Positions 9,037-18,663 of a stretch of 64,000 bases of DNA are shown one piece after another. The notes beneath the pieces were generated by a model. It saw nothing but the letters and a program-made list of their open reading frames with translations. It made no database searches and was not told where the DNA came from. The DNA is from a bacterium (GTDB taxonomy: Bacteria; Patescibacteriota; Minisyncoccia; Moranbacterales; UBA2206). A program made the position numbers and the translations under genes. How positions within the stretch are numbered: position 1 is the first letter of the stretch; each line of letters begins with the position of its first letter. The stretch covers positions 19,333 to 83,332 of the forward strand of contig JAJYKZ010000001.1 of NCBI GenBank assembly GCA_021788105.1. Reading direction: 5' to 3'.

Positions 9037-10305
9037 TTATTTTTGTATCATCTTTACAGCCCTCCTGAGAATTCCTGCCATCACTTTTTCTTCTCCGGCC
9101 AGATCAAGCGCCAGATTGGCCAATCCCATCGGAGTGATGTCCTGAGGATCGCGCAATTCGCGCGTTTCGTCAACTATGTTTACTACATCTTTGGGCTGCA
9201 AAAAACTGACTTGCGGGGCTTTGGCGAACGGCAGATTTTTCATCCAGCCTGAAGTCATTAGCGATTTTTTAATTCCCGGCAGGCCGGAACCGCCGCCACA
9301 AAGGAAAAAGCGGGACGGCAAAAGATCGGTTTCGGCAAATTCCGCCAATGACAATTCTACTCCGGAGAGCCACACATCGCAATCGTCTTCCAAAATTTTT
9401 TCTATCTTGTTGCTGACGTCTTGCCCTAATTTTCCTTCCGCATATTTTATTTTCAAAACTTCCGCTTCTTCAAAACTGATTCCCAATTCCTGCGCCAGTC
9501 TTTTGGTGAATGCCCGGCCGCCCAACGCAAACATCTTGGTTCCCTCCAGTCCTCCGTTTCTGACTACGGCAATGTCGGTCGTCCCGCCTCCAATATCGAT
9601 AAATACTGCGTTGAAATCAAGAACGTCTTCAATGCCCATCGATCGCGCGACCGCGTACGGTTCCGCCGCAATACTCAGCAGGTCCAGCTTCAATTCAGTG
9701 GCAATTGTTTGAAGCGCGCCCAAATGAATCATTGGAGCGTAAGCGTTAAAAACCGCGATGGAAACATCACGACCTTGAAATCCGACCGGATTAGTCACGC
9801 GATAACCGTCGATCCGCACGTCCACAATCGCCGCGTTGATTAATTTAACCTCGATTTCGCTATGGCCCGTTTCCCAGGCCAGCTGCTGACGAATCCTGTC
9901 AAAAGCCTTCCATTGGACTTTTTGAATGATATTTTTAAGTTCCGGCAGATCGATTCTGATTTCCGGCTTGATTCTTTCATAATGCACGGTCGTGGTCGTT
10001 CCTTTGACCAGCTCGCCGGCAATTCCGATTATGGCTTTTTCCACCTTCTTGGCAGCAGCCATTTCTTTGGCAATTTCAATCGCTCGCCGGGAATTTTCGA
10101 TTACGCCGGAAATGTCGGAAACCGCTCCGCTTTGCATATCGCCCAGCCTTTGACGGACCCGGCCCGCTCCTTTGACTATGCCGTTGCCGGTTTCTTGGTC
10201 AATTTTGAAAACCAATGCTTTCACAACTTCCGTTCCGATGTCGAGCGACAGCATAAACTCATTGGACGATCTTTTGGATCCTAAAATTTTGGAAAAAATT
10301 CCCAT
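9037..10305 (-). CDS. FtsA-like actin-fold ATPase
   Basis: LDIGTEVVKAL, AAEPYA, IDIGGGTTD, LCGGGSGLPG actin/Hsp70 motifs. Confidence 0.8.
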   Translation of the reverse strand: MGIFSKILGSKRSSNEFMLSLDIGTEVVKALVFKIDQETGNGIVKGAGRVRQRLGDMQSGAVSDISGVIENSRRAIEIAKEMAAAKKVEKAIIGIAGELVKGTTTTVHYERIKPEIRIDLPELKNIIQKVQWKAFDRIRQQLAWETGHSEIEVKLINAAIVDVRIDGYRVTNPVGFQGRDVSIAVFNAYAPMIHLGALQTIATELKLDLLSIAAEPYAVARSMGIEDVLDFNAVFIDIGGGTTDIAVVRNGGLEGTKMFALGGRAFTKRLAQELGISFEEAEVLKIKYAEGKLGQDVSNKIEKILEDDCDVWLSGVELSLAEFAETDLLPSRFFLCGGGSGLPGIKKSLMTSGWMKNLPFAKAPQVSFLQPKDVVNIVDETRELRDPQDITPMGLANLALDLAGEEKVMAGILRRAVKMIQK

Positions 10306-10415
10306 CTGTATTTTAAAAATTATCTTTTTGTTTTACTGGTTTTATTATACAACAAAAGACAAAATTTAAAAAGCGGCCGCCAAGCCGCTTATGAAATAGG
10401 AAATGGGAAAATAAA

Positions 10416-12221
10416 TTATTCCAAAACCGCTTTAATTCTCCGCACCCCGGATGAAGAGGCTTCTTCTTTTTTTATCTTGAAGTGGCCGAGTTTGCCGGTA
10501 CTTCCGGCATGCGGACCGCCGCAAATTTCCTTGGAAAATTCTCCGGCCGAATAAACTTTTACCTGCTCGCCGTATTTCGATTCAAAAACTCCCAGCGCGC
10601 CTCTTCCCTTGGCTTCTTCCACTGTCATCTCTTCGCAGACCACTGGAATATTTTCGCGAATCTTTTCATTGACAATATCTTCCGCTTTCTGGATCTGTTC
10701 CGGTGTTAGTTTTTCATGGTGGGAAAAATCGAAACGCAGCCTTTCTGGCGTAATGTTCGATCCTTTTTGATAGACGTGCGGACCCAGAACTTCGCGCAAG
10801 GCCGCCTGCAAAAGATGCGTCGCGGTGTGCAGTCTGGCCGTCTGTTCGTCCTGCGATTGCAGTCCGCCCTTGAAAGCGCCGGCCGAAGCGGTGCGTGAAA
10901 GTTCCTGATGTTTTTGCAGTTCCTCCTGAAAACCTTTTTCATCAACCCGCATTCCCCTTTCATCTGCCAGTTCCTTGGTAATTTCAAATGGGAATCCGTA
11001 AGTTTGATACAGATCAAAGGCTTCTTTGCCAGAAATATCTTTAGTTGCATTTTTTTCAAATTCTTTTAATCCTTTCTCTAAAGTTTCTCTAAATTTATTT
11101 TCTTCTTTTTCCAATTCTGCAAAAATTTTATCTTTCTTTTCTTCCAACTCATGATAAAAAACTTCGTACATCCCAATCACAACTGCGGAAATTTCTTTGG
11201 CAAAATTATTTTCCACGCCCAAATGTTTTCCATGGCGAATGGCGCGCCGAATGATTCTCCGCAAAACATAACCTCTCTGAACATTCGACGGAATTACCCC
11301 GTCGGCAATCATGAATGTACTGGCTTTTATGTGGTCAGCGATGATTCGAAATGATTTTTCATTGTCTTCGTAATTTTTTCCGGAAATTTCTGAAACTTTC
11401 GCAAAAAGTGTTTGGAAAAGCTCCGTCTCAAAAACATTTTCTTTGCCATTGAGCACAGCCAGCGTTCTTTCCACGCCCATGCCGGTGTCCACATTCCGCC
11501 GGGCTAATTTTTCCACCGATCCGTCCTCTTTCTTTTCAAATTCCATAAAGACATCATTCCAGATTTCTATCAGCCGAAAATTATCCACCAGATTGGAAAA
11601 CTTTTCGTTTATTTCTCCCTCTTCCGGACGCGTATTATAAAACATTTCCGTGTCTCCTCCGCACGGTCCGGTCGCGCCGGCAATCCAAAAATTATCATCG
11701 CTCCCCAGCGGAATGATGCGGATGTCGCCTTTAATAATTTCATCTTCTCCGGCCACTCCGACTTCCATTCCGGCCTTGGCGAAAGTTTCTTTCCAAATTC
11801 GGATCGCCTCTTCGTCGCGCGGAATATTATCCTCGCCTTTGAAAACAGTCACATAGATTCTTTTCGGGTCCAATCCCAGCCACTCTTTGCCGGTCAGAAA
11901 TTCAAAGCTCCATTCGATCGCTTCTTTTTTAAAATAGTCGCCAAAGCTCCAATTGCCCATCATTTCAAAAAAAGTATTGTGCCGGTTGTCGCCCACGTCA
12001 TCGATATCGATCGTGCGCACGCATTTTTGCACGTTGGCCACGCGCGTTCCGCCCGGATGTTTCTCGCCCAAAAGATAGGGCACCAGCGGATGCATGCCGG
12101 CCGTCGTAAAAAGCACCGACGCGTCGGTCTCGCGCGGAACCAAAGAAGCCGAAGGGATGATGGCATGCCCTTTCGACTCAAAAAATTTCAAAAATTTTTC
12201 CCGCAGTTCTTGCGCTGTCAT
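10416..12221 (-). CDS. alaS: Alanine--tRNA ligase (short form, editing domain present, no C-Ala)
   Basis: LFTTAGMHPL, HNTFFEMMGNWSFGDYFK, DTGMGVER, HTATHLL, EICGGPH. Confidence 0.97.
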   Translation of the reverse strand: MTAQELREKFLKFFESKGHAIIPSASLVPRETDASVLFTTAGMHPLVPYLLGEKHPGGTRVANVQKCVRTIDIDDVGDNRHNTFFEMMGNWSFGDYFKKEAIEWSFEFLTGKEWLGLDPKRIYVTVFKGEDNIPRDEEAIRIWKETFAKAGMEVGVAGEDEIIKGDIRIIPLGSDDNFWIAGATGPCGGDTEMFYNTRPEEGEINEKFSNLVDNFRLIEIWNDVFMEFEKKEDGSVEKLARRNVDTGMGVERTLAVLNGKENVFETELFQTLFAKVSEISGKNYEDNEKSFRIIADHIKASTFMIADGVIPSNVQRGYVLRRIIRRAIRHGKHLGVENNFAKEISAVVIGMYEVFYHELEEKKDKIFAELEKEENKFRETLEKGLKEFEKNATKDISGKEAFDLYQTYGFPFEITKELADERGMRVDEKGFQEELQKHQELSRTASAGAFKGGLQSQDEQTARLHTATHLLQAALREVLGPHVYQKGSNITPERLRFDFSHHEKLTPEQIQKAEDIVNEKIRENIPVVCEEMTVEEAKGRGALGVFESKYGEQVKVYSAGEFSKEICGGPHAGSTGKLGHFKIKKEEASSSGVRRIKAVLE

Positions 12222-12442
12222 TAGTGTAGATTTTTAATTCTTTTTTCAATATCCCTATAATCATCGTTTTTGAAATGATAAGAAAATTCGCTATGTATTT
12301 TAGATATTGCTTCAACGTAATCTATTTTTTTATTATCTAAATCGCGTTCTATTTCTCGAATCCTATTCTCTTGAAAACTGGTCAAAGGAACTCTTCTTTG
12401 ATTGGCGATATTTTCCACTATTGATTTTAAATGTGAGACCAT
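12221..12442 (-). CDS. Small hypothetical protein translationally coupled to alaS
   Basis: 73-aa ORF whose stop overlaps the alaS start (TAATG). Confidence 0.6.
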   Translation of the reverse strand: MVSHLKSIVENIANQRRVPLTSFQENRIREIERDLDNKKIDYVEAISKIHSEFSYHFKNDDYRDIEKRIKNLH

Positions 12443-12457
12443 AATTTTTTAAAAAAT

Positions 12458-12733
12458 TTAAACCAAATTCAATTTCTTTCGCAAATTTTTGAGCGCCGTA
12501 TCCGACACTAAAATTTCCTGCTCCAATCTGGACAGCCTTGATTGCTTCTCTTGGATGCCCGCCCGGATCTGGTCTTCCTTTCTTTTCAAATCGCGCATCT
12601 CCGATTCGATCTGGATTTTTTCATTGAGCCTTTTTTTATAGTCCGCCTCTTGCATCACGATCTGCCGCTGGATTTCATTTTTTTGCCTGGTCTTGTCCTG
12701 GGCGGCTTGATTTTGGTTGGAATTAGTATACAT
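12458..12733 (-). CDS. Small coiled-coil hypothetical protein
   Basis: 91 aa, Q/E/K-rich heptad pattern, operon spacing. Confidence 0.65.
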   Translation of the reverse strand: MYTNSNQNQAAQDKTRQKNEIQRQIVMQEADYKKRLNEKIQIESEMRDLKRKEDQIRAGIQEKQSRLSRLEQEILVSDTALKNLRKKLNLV

Positions 12734-12736
12734 ATT

Positions 12737-13327
12737 TTAGGAAGATTTTCGCAATAAACTATAAATTGATTTGGATTTGTTTTGATTGTTGGAATAGATA
12801 TTCTGTCCTGGCAATTTTGATTTGTTGGCGGCAAGCTGGGTGGTTAATTTTTTTTCGCCATCTTTGGCCGCTTTTTCTTGTTCAATATTTGCATTACGCG
12901 CTTCTTCTTGCCTGTTAAAACTTATTGATACAATTTTTCTTTCTGATTTTTCTGTCGGTGCTTCCATTTCTTTCGATCCGTTCTCATATCTGAGTTCGGA
13001 CAGATCTTTGAATTTTCTGAATCTTTTATCCCGCAGTCCCAATTCTTTAGCCACCTCCCTGGCTTTGTTTTTCGTTACATAACCTTCCGCTATAAGAGTC
13101 TGCAGGTCATTATGCACCTCTTCCCGAGTCAGTCCTCCAATTTGATCCTTCTTTAGCATTTGAGCAAGATGATGCCGCGCGCCCGGATGATTCAGACCAA
13201 CCTCTTTGCTGATGTGATGAATATCATATTTCGTAATTTCTGCATCGGCAATTCTTTTAACATATCTATTATTGTTAAATTGTCTTTTCCCATTTAAAGA
13301 AGATTTTCGATTGAACAGCAATCCCAT
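12737..13327 (-). CDS. Basic hypothetical protein
   Basis: 196-aa ORF tightly packed in the operon; no motif recognised. Confidence 0.65.
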   Translation of the reverse strand: MGLLFNRKSSLNGKRQFNNNRYVKRIADAEITKYDIHHISKEVGLNHPGARHHLAQMLKKDQIGGLTREEVHNDLQTLIAEGYVTKNKAREVAKELGLRDKRFRKFKDLSELRYENGSKEMEAPTEKSERKIVSISFNRQEEARNANIEQEKAAKDGEKKLTTQLAANKSKLPGQNIYSNNQNKSKSIYSLLRKSS

Positions 13328-13336
13328 ATTTTTATT

Positions 13337-14380
13337 TTACGGATGAAAAAAGAAAGCTACTGCCATTATGGCATACGCCATAATTAACTGCAATCCTTCC
13401 AGCCAATTGCTTTCGCCGTCTTCCACTACCATATTGGTAATTAAAACTGACAATACGATCGCTACCAGTTCAAAACTGTTGAAGACCAAACTCATGGGGT
13501 GAGAAAGCAAGCTGGCCAAAACCAGAATCGGCGCCACAAACATCACAATTTGCGTTCCTGATCCGATCGAAATCTGGAGCGCCAGATCCATTCGGTTTTT
13601 CATTGCCATCATTATGGCTGAAGTATGTTCGGCCGCATTGCCGATGATCGCCACAAAAATCACACCAATGAAAAGTTCCGTCCAGCCGAAAGCGGCCACG
13701 ATCGGCTCGACGGAACCGACCAAAATTTCACTCATCCAAGCTACCGCCAGCGTCGCAATCAGAAGAATCGTGATGCTTTTTGTTTTGCTCCATCTGGCTT
13801 CATAATCTCCGACTTCTTCGGTGTAGAGATGTTTGTGAGTAAACAACATAAACCACAGATTTCCCAGATAAACAATGACCATAAATACGGAAACAAAAAT
13901 GCTTAGTTTATCAACGATTGCAAATCCCGCGCCGGGAGCTGTTAATGTAAAAATAGCCGGCATCACCAAAGCCGCTACCGCCAAAAGAAGCATGGACGAA
14001 CTGGCCATGGCCGCCGTTTTGTTGAATTCTTGTTTTTTAAATTTCCAGCCGCCCACAAACATCGCCGTGCCCAGAACCAACAAAAGATTACCGATGATCG
14101 AACCGGTGATAGAAGCCTTGACCACTTCGACCAGCCCGCTGCGAATGGCGAAAATTCCAATCAAAAGTTCCGTGGCGTTGCCAAAGGTGGCGCTTAAAAA
14201 TCCGCCGATAGCCGGTCCGGTATGTACGGCTAAAACTTCCGTTGCTTCTCCGATGAACTTCGCCAGCGGAATGATTGCCAATGCCGCCAGAAAGAAAACA
14301 ACGAGCGGCGAAACATGCGCGTATTCTGCGATGATCGTGATCGGCACGAAAGCCAAAAGCCAGAGAAATAGTTTATCCAT
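13337..14380 (-). CDS. Ca2+/H+ exchanger (CAX/ChaA family)
   Basis: Alpha-repeat motifs GNATEL and GNAAEH, GESNWLEG, about 11 TM helices. Confidence 0.93.
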   Translation of the reverse strand: MDKLFLWLLAFVPITIIAEYAHVSPLVVFFLAALAIIPLAKFIGEATEVLAVHTGPAIGGFLSATFGNATELLIGIFAIRSGLVEVVKASITGSIIGNLLLVLGTAMFVGGWKFKKQEFNKTAAMASSSMLLLAVAALVMPAIFTLTAPGAGFAIVDKLSIFVSVFMVIVYLGNLWFMLFTHKHLYTEEVGDYEARWSKTKSITILLIATLAVAWMSEILVGSVEPIVAAFGWTELFIGVIFVAIIGNAAEHTSAIMMAMKNRMDLALQISIGSGTQIVMFVAPILVLASLLSHPMSLVFNSFELVAIVLSVLITNMVVEDGESNWLEGLQLIMAYAIMAVAFFFHP

Positions 14381-14398
14381 ATTTTGTTTATTTTTAAT

Positions 14399-15517
14399 TT
14401 ATTTTATCCTCCCTCCGCCCAACAATTCTCCTTTAGCGGTGTAAAATACAGCCGACTGGCCGGGCGAGACTTGCTTTTGCGGTTCAGCAAATTCAACAAG
14501 ATAAGACTTTGCTTCTCCTTGCGGATTTGCTTTTATTATAGCAGATATTGATGGGTGGCGGTACCTGAGCTTTAGCAAAATTTTGGCCGGCAATTTTGGT
14601 TCTTTCGCGAGCCAGTTGGTTCTTTCCACAAAAATGCTTTTATGGAAAAGTTTCGGATCGTCCGGCTTGTTCGTCACGATCAGAAGATTTTTTTTCAAAT
14701 CCTTGCCCGCGACATAATACGGACCGTCGCCGCCGATGTTGATCCCCCGCCGCTGGCCGATCGTATAGAGCGGCAGACCGTCGTGTTCCCCGATGATTTT
14801 CCCTTCCGTGTTCGCAATCTTTCCTCTCTTCAGTTTCAGGTTCCGGCGCAAAAATCCTTCCGGATATTTTTCCGGTGTAAAACACAGTCCTTGTGAATCG
14901 TCTTTGTTGAACACCGGTAAACCCAGTTCTTTGGCAATTTTTCTGATTTCGGATTTTTTGTATTGGCCGACCGGAAACAAAATCCGAGACAATTGATGCT
15001 GATTGAAGTTATACAAAAAATATGATTGATCTTTTTCTTTGTCTTTACCTTGGAATAATCGATAAATTATTCCGGCATTTTTGGAACTTAGCTCCTGCTT
15101 GGCTTCTTTTTTGATCGCGTAATGGCCCGAAGCCACGAAGTCGCCTTCCATCTCCAACATTTTTTTGAGAAGCACGTTGAATTTTATTTTTTCATTGCAG
15201 ACTACGCACGGATTGGGCGTCCGGCCGTTTTTATATTCTTCCAAAAAATAATCCACCACTTCTTTCTTGAATTCCTTCTCGGCATTCGCAGTGTAAAGAG
15301 GAATCCCCAAAATTTTGCAAACTTTTCGGGCATCTTCCAAGGACTCCAAAGAACAACATTTATTTTCGATGGAACTATTAAGCGCCGGCTCCTTCCAGAA
15401 ATGCATAAAGACGCCCACGACATCGTAGCCTTGCTTCTGCAACAGCGCGGCCGCCACCGAAGAATCCACTCCGGAAGACATTCCGACAACCACTCTATTT
15501 TTCTTCTTTGCTTTCAT
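14399..15517 (-). CDS. mnmA: tRNA 2-thiouridylase MnmA
   Basis: MSSGVDSS, TPNPCVVCN, KDQSYFL, YTIGQRRG, PGQSAVFY. Confidence 0.96.
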   Translation of the reverse strand: MKAKKKNRVVVGMSSGVDSSVAAALLQKQGYDVVGVFMHFWKEPALNSSIENKCCSLESLEDARKVCKILGIPLYTANAEKEFKKEVVDYFLEEYKNGRTPNPCVVCNEKIKFNVLLKKMLEMEGDFVASGHYAIKKEAKQELSSKNAGIIYRLFQGKDKEKDQSYFLYNFNQHQLSRILFPVGQYKKSEIRKIAKELGLPVFNKDDSQGLCFTPEKYPEGFLRRNLKLKRGKIANTEGKIIGEHDGLPLYTIGQRRGINIGGDGPYYVAGKDLKKNLLIVTNKPDDPKLFHKSIFVERTNWLAKEPKLPAKILLKLRYRHPSISAIIKANPQGEAKSYLVEFAEPQKQVSPGQSAVFYTAKGELLGGGRIK

Positions 15518-17324
15518 CCAAAATTTTCTTAATTTCACCCAGATCCGGTTTCTGCTTTTGCGGTTTGAATTTTTTCGGAGCGATGTGCGACATTTGAGAA
15601 AGGCTCATCGGCCTGTCTTGAGGCATATACGCTTTATGCTCAACTTTTCTTTCCTGCGTTTTCGGTTGGACTTTTTTCACAACAATGACTTGCTGGTTGC
15701 CGGCTGCCGGTTGCCGATCTCTGGTTTGTTCCGAACGCGTTTTGGCCATCACCCGCTGATAATCTTTCAAACACTCCTTGCAAAAAGTAGGCCGACTGGG
15801 ATCCGGCTTGAACGGAACTTTGATCGGCTCTTCGCAAGTACTGCAAACGGCGTCATAAATTTCGAATTTTTGCGCATTATCGCCATCATTATCTTTGCTA
15901 ATTTTATTATCAGAAGAAGCATTATTTACCGGAGGCTTCGGCTTTACCACAATTACATTAGGCTGCGTTTTAGGCGGATCGAAAGATGGATCGGAAGCGG
16001 CACTCGTCCGGCCATCTTCCTCTTTTTCTCTGGGAATGAACATGCCGCTCCAGCGCGCAATCTTATCCTCCACATCCCGGCGCTCGCGGCCATATCTTTC
16101 CCGCGAAATTCTGATTACTTTTTCCGCATTTTCAGCCGTGTCATTCAAGTTGAAAGGCGGCAAAGTGGAAGCTGAAAAAGCGTCGCCCGCAATACCGTCG
16201 ATCATCAATTTAAGATAGATGTTGTATTTGGTTAAATTTACAATATCATTCATCAAAAAAACCGGGTCGAATTCTTTTTCCAGATTCTCCGCGTCTTCCG
16301 CTCCTACCCGGAATGAAACAATTGTTCCAACATTGCCAAACACCGCATCGCGCACGGTCGTGTTCCCGTCAAAAACCAACTGATTGATGTATTGGTGAGC
16401 CAGCACCAGATCCAAACGATATTTTCTGGCCTCGGACAAAATATTGGCGAAAGATTCCGTAGCAAAATTTTGGAATTCATCGACATAAAGATAGAAATCT
16501 TTTCTTTCTTCTTCCGGAATTTCAACCCGGCCCATCGCCGCCAGCTGGATTTTGGTAACTATCATTCCGCCCAAAAGCCGCATCGCGTCTTCGCCGATTC
16601 TTCCTTTGGACAGATTGACGATCAATATTTTCTGATTGTCCATGATGTCGCGCATGTCGATCGTCGATTTCGGCTGGCCGACAATGTGGCGAATTATAGC
16701 TGAGGACAAAAATTGACCGACTTTGTTCTGGATGGCTGCCACAGCTTCTTTGCGGAAGCGATCCTCCCATTTGTCAAATTCATTTATCCAAAAAGATTTC
16801 ACGACCGGATCTTTGATTTTGGGATAAACTCTTTTGCGATAATCGCTGTCCGCCATCATCCGGTTTACTCCCAGCATTGTCGAGCCCGGATAATCCAAAA
16901 GGGCTAAAATAGTATTGTTCAAAATATATTCCATCCTCGGACTCCAGACATCCGGCCAGATTTTTTTGAAAACCCCCATCATTCCGGAAGCCACCAGATT
17001 CTTTTTGTCTTCATCCACCGCCTCCAAAATATTAAAAGCGACCGGAAATTCGGCATCGGCCGGATTGAAATAAATGACGTCATTAATCCGATTTGCCGGC
17101 ACGGCCTTGAGCATTTTTTCCGCAAATTCTCCGTGCGGATCAACCACGCAAACACCCTCCCCATTACGAATATCCTGGATCGCCATATTTTCCAGCATAT
17201 TGGATTTTCCCATACCGGTTTTTCCGATAATGTACATGTGCCTTCGCCGATCATCTTTCTTAATTCCAAAATTCACCTCCTGGTTTCTGAAATTGGTTTT
17301 TGCAAAAAAATTAATTTCTGGCAT
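15495..17324 (-). CDS. VirD4/TraG-like (HerA-FtsK superfamily) ATPase with a C-terminal CxxC-x17-CxxC zinc domain
   Basis: HMYIIGKTGMGKS Walker A, VVDPHGE, LYVDEFQNF Walker B, EARKY..HQY; C-terminal CSTC..VPFKP...FCKEC. Confidence 0.85.
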   Translation of the reverse strand: MPEINFFAKTNFRNQEVNFGIKKDDRRRHMYIIGKTGMGKSNMLENMAIQDIRNGEGVCVVDPHGEFAEKMLKAVPANRINDVIYFNPADAEFPVAFNILEAVDEDKKNLVASGMMGVFKKIWPDVWSPRMEYILNNTILALLDYPGSTMLGVNRMMADSDYRKRVYPKIKDPVVKSFWINEFDKWEDRFRKEAVAAIQNKVGQFLSSAIIRHIVGQPKSTIDMRDIMDNQKILIVNLSKGRIGEDAMRLLGGMIVTKIQLAAMGRVEIPEEERKDFYLYVDEFQNFATESFANILSEARKYRLDLVLAHQYINQLVFDGNTTVRDAVFGNVGTIVSFRVGAEDAENLEKEFDPVFLMNDIVNLTKYNIYLKLMIDGIAGDAFSASTLPPFNLNDTAENAEKVIRISRERYGRERRDVEDKIARWSGMFIPREKEEDGRTSAASDPSFDPPKTQPNVIVVKPKPPVNNASSDNKISKDNDGDNAQKFEIYDAVCSTCEEPIKVPFKPDPSRPTFCKECLKDYQRVMAKTRSEQTRDRQPAAGNQQVIVVKKVQPKTQERKVEHKAYMPQDRPMSLSQMSHIAPKKFKPQKQKPDLGEIKKILDESKEEK

Positions 17325-17341
17325 ATTATTTTTTGAATTAT

Positions 17342-18598
17342 TTATCCGATTGGCAGATTGGCCGGAGCCGATCCGCGTTTTGATTCTACCCGGTTCAATG
17401 CCGGAGTCTTGACTTCCATATGCGGGAAATGATAGAGCGTCGCTAATTCTGAAGTGGAAAGGACGAATTTTTTTCCGTCCATATCCCGATCAACATACCT
17501 GCGATAAATTTTTCTTTTCATCCGCGGCAAAATACTGTCTTTCCCGACATACTTCGCCGATGTCTTGCTCATATTTTCCGGCCTGATATTGTTTAGATTC
17601 AAATCATTGAACTGGCGCATTGCTCCGAAGAAAGCCGTCGTGTTGGACATGCTAAAGCCATCCTTCTTGCCCAAATAAACAAACCTCATTTTTGTTTTAA
17701 AGGCGTTCTTGCCAAGATTATCTTCAATCGCCTTAAGTTGTTCTTTCTCCCCCGGCGTCAACCTGAATTCCAGGGGCTGCTCTTCTTTCTTTTCCGCCTT
17801 TTTAAATTCCACCGGACCCAGCGCTCCCTTAAACAGATTGGAAAAAACATCAACAAAATCCTGCCAAAACCGGTTTTCTTCTTTTTTAGCCCGGCCGGCT
17901 AATTCAGCAATCAGATCTTTTTGCTTCTTTTCATTTTTCCATTTTTCCGGCAAAGGCTCCAGCACAAATTGAAGCCATAAATTTTGCTCCGGAGGAAGCG
18001 CTCCCATATTCTCCACGATTCCCGCCAGCGGATCGATCATAGTTCCGGTAATATCTTCTTCGAATTTATCGTACGTTCTGATCGGAATCGGATCAGCCTC
18101 GACCAATTCCATGTCCGCTCCCCACAACTGCCAATCTTTGTTGGGCACAACTTTGGGAAAACTTTTGACATAATCTTCCACGTCTCTAATCTCCGCGTCC
18201 GGATATTGGGCATAAATGTGAGACTCGACCATGGTCCGATATTTTGTCTGCACTCTGACATAGAAATGAATCTCTCCGCCCAAACTGACCAATTCGAAAC
18301 TGAAGCGGTCCGTAAACATTCCCATACCGTAATTTTCCCAAGCAGTAAAAGTCACCACCACGCCGATCAAACCGTGAAAAATCGACTCCATCGGTTTGGG
18401 ACCTTTTTCCAGATCCTTTGGAGGAATAATTTCGAGCATGGTCCACTGGAGCGACCTGGCCCATTTTTTCTTGATGTAGTCCAGCCAGATCAGTTTAAAA
18501 AGAAAATACAAAAGCGCCGGCAGGATGATCCACCAGAAATAATAAAAGGCCGTTATGGCAGGAGCGAAAGTATTTGAAATGTAAGATAAAAAATCCAT
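17342..18598 (-). CDS. Membrane-anchored partner of the VirD4-like ATPase (CPR-type)
   Basis: N-terminal TM, FSFEL..GGEIHFY, IYAQYPDAEI, ELATLYHFP; adjacent to the ATPase. Confidence 0.7.
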   Translation of the reverse strand: MDFLSYISNTFAPAITAFYYFWWIILPALLYFLFKLIWLDYIKKKWARSLQWTMLEIIPPKDLEKGPKPMESIFHGLIGVVVTFTAWENYGMGMFTDRFSFELVSLGGEIHFYVRVQTKYRTMVESHIYAQYPDAEIRDVEDYVKSFPKVVPNKDWQLWGADMELVEADPIPIRTYDKFEEDITGTMIDPLAGIVENMGALPPEQNLWLQFVLEPLPEKWKNEKKQKDLIAELAGRAKKEENRFWQDFVDVFSNLFKGALGPVEFKKAEKKEEQPLEFRLTPGEKEQLKAIEDNLGKNAFKTKMRFVYLGKKDGFSMSNTTAFFGAMRQFNDLNLNNIRPENMSKTSAKYVGKDSILPRMKRKIYRRYVDRDMDGKKFVLSTSELATLYHFPHMEVKTPALNRVESKRGSAPANLPIG

Positions 18599-18663
18599 TT
18601 TATTCTTGGCGTTGCAAGTTTTTTTTCTTTTAATATAATAGCGATTTCGTTTTTGTTTCGGGA

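Noticed and set aside
10416-12221. Truncated alaS as a pseudogene
   Set aside because: Catalytic and editing motifs are intact; loss of C-Ala is a known natural short form.
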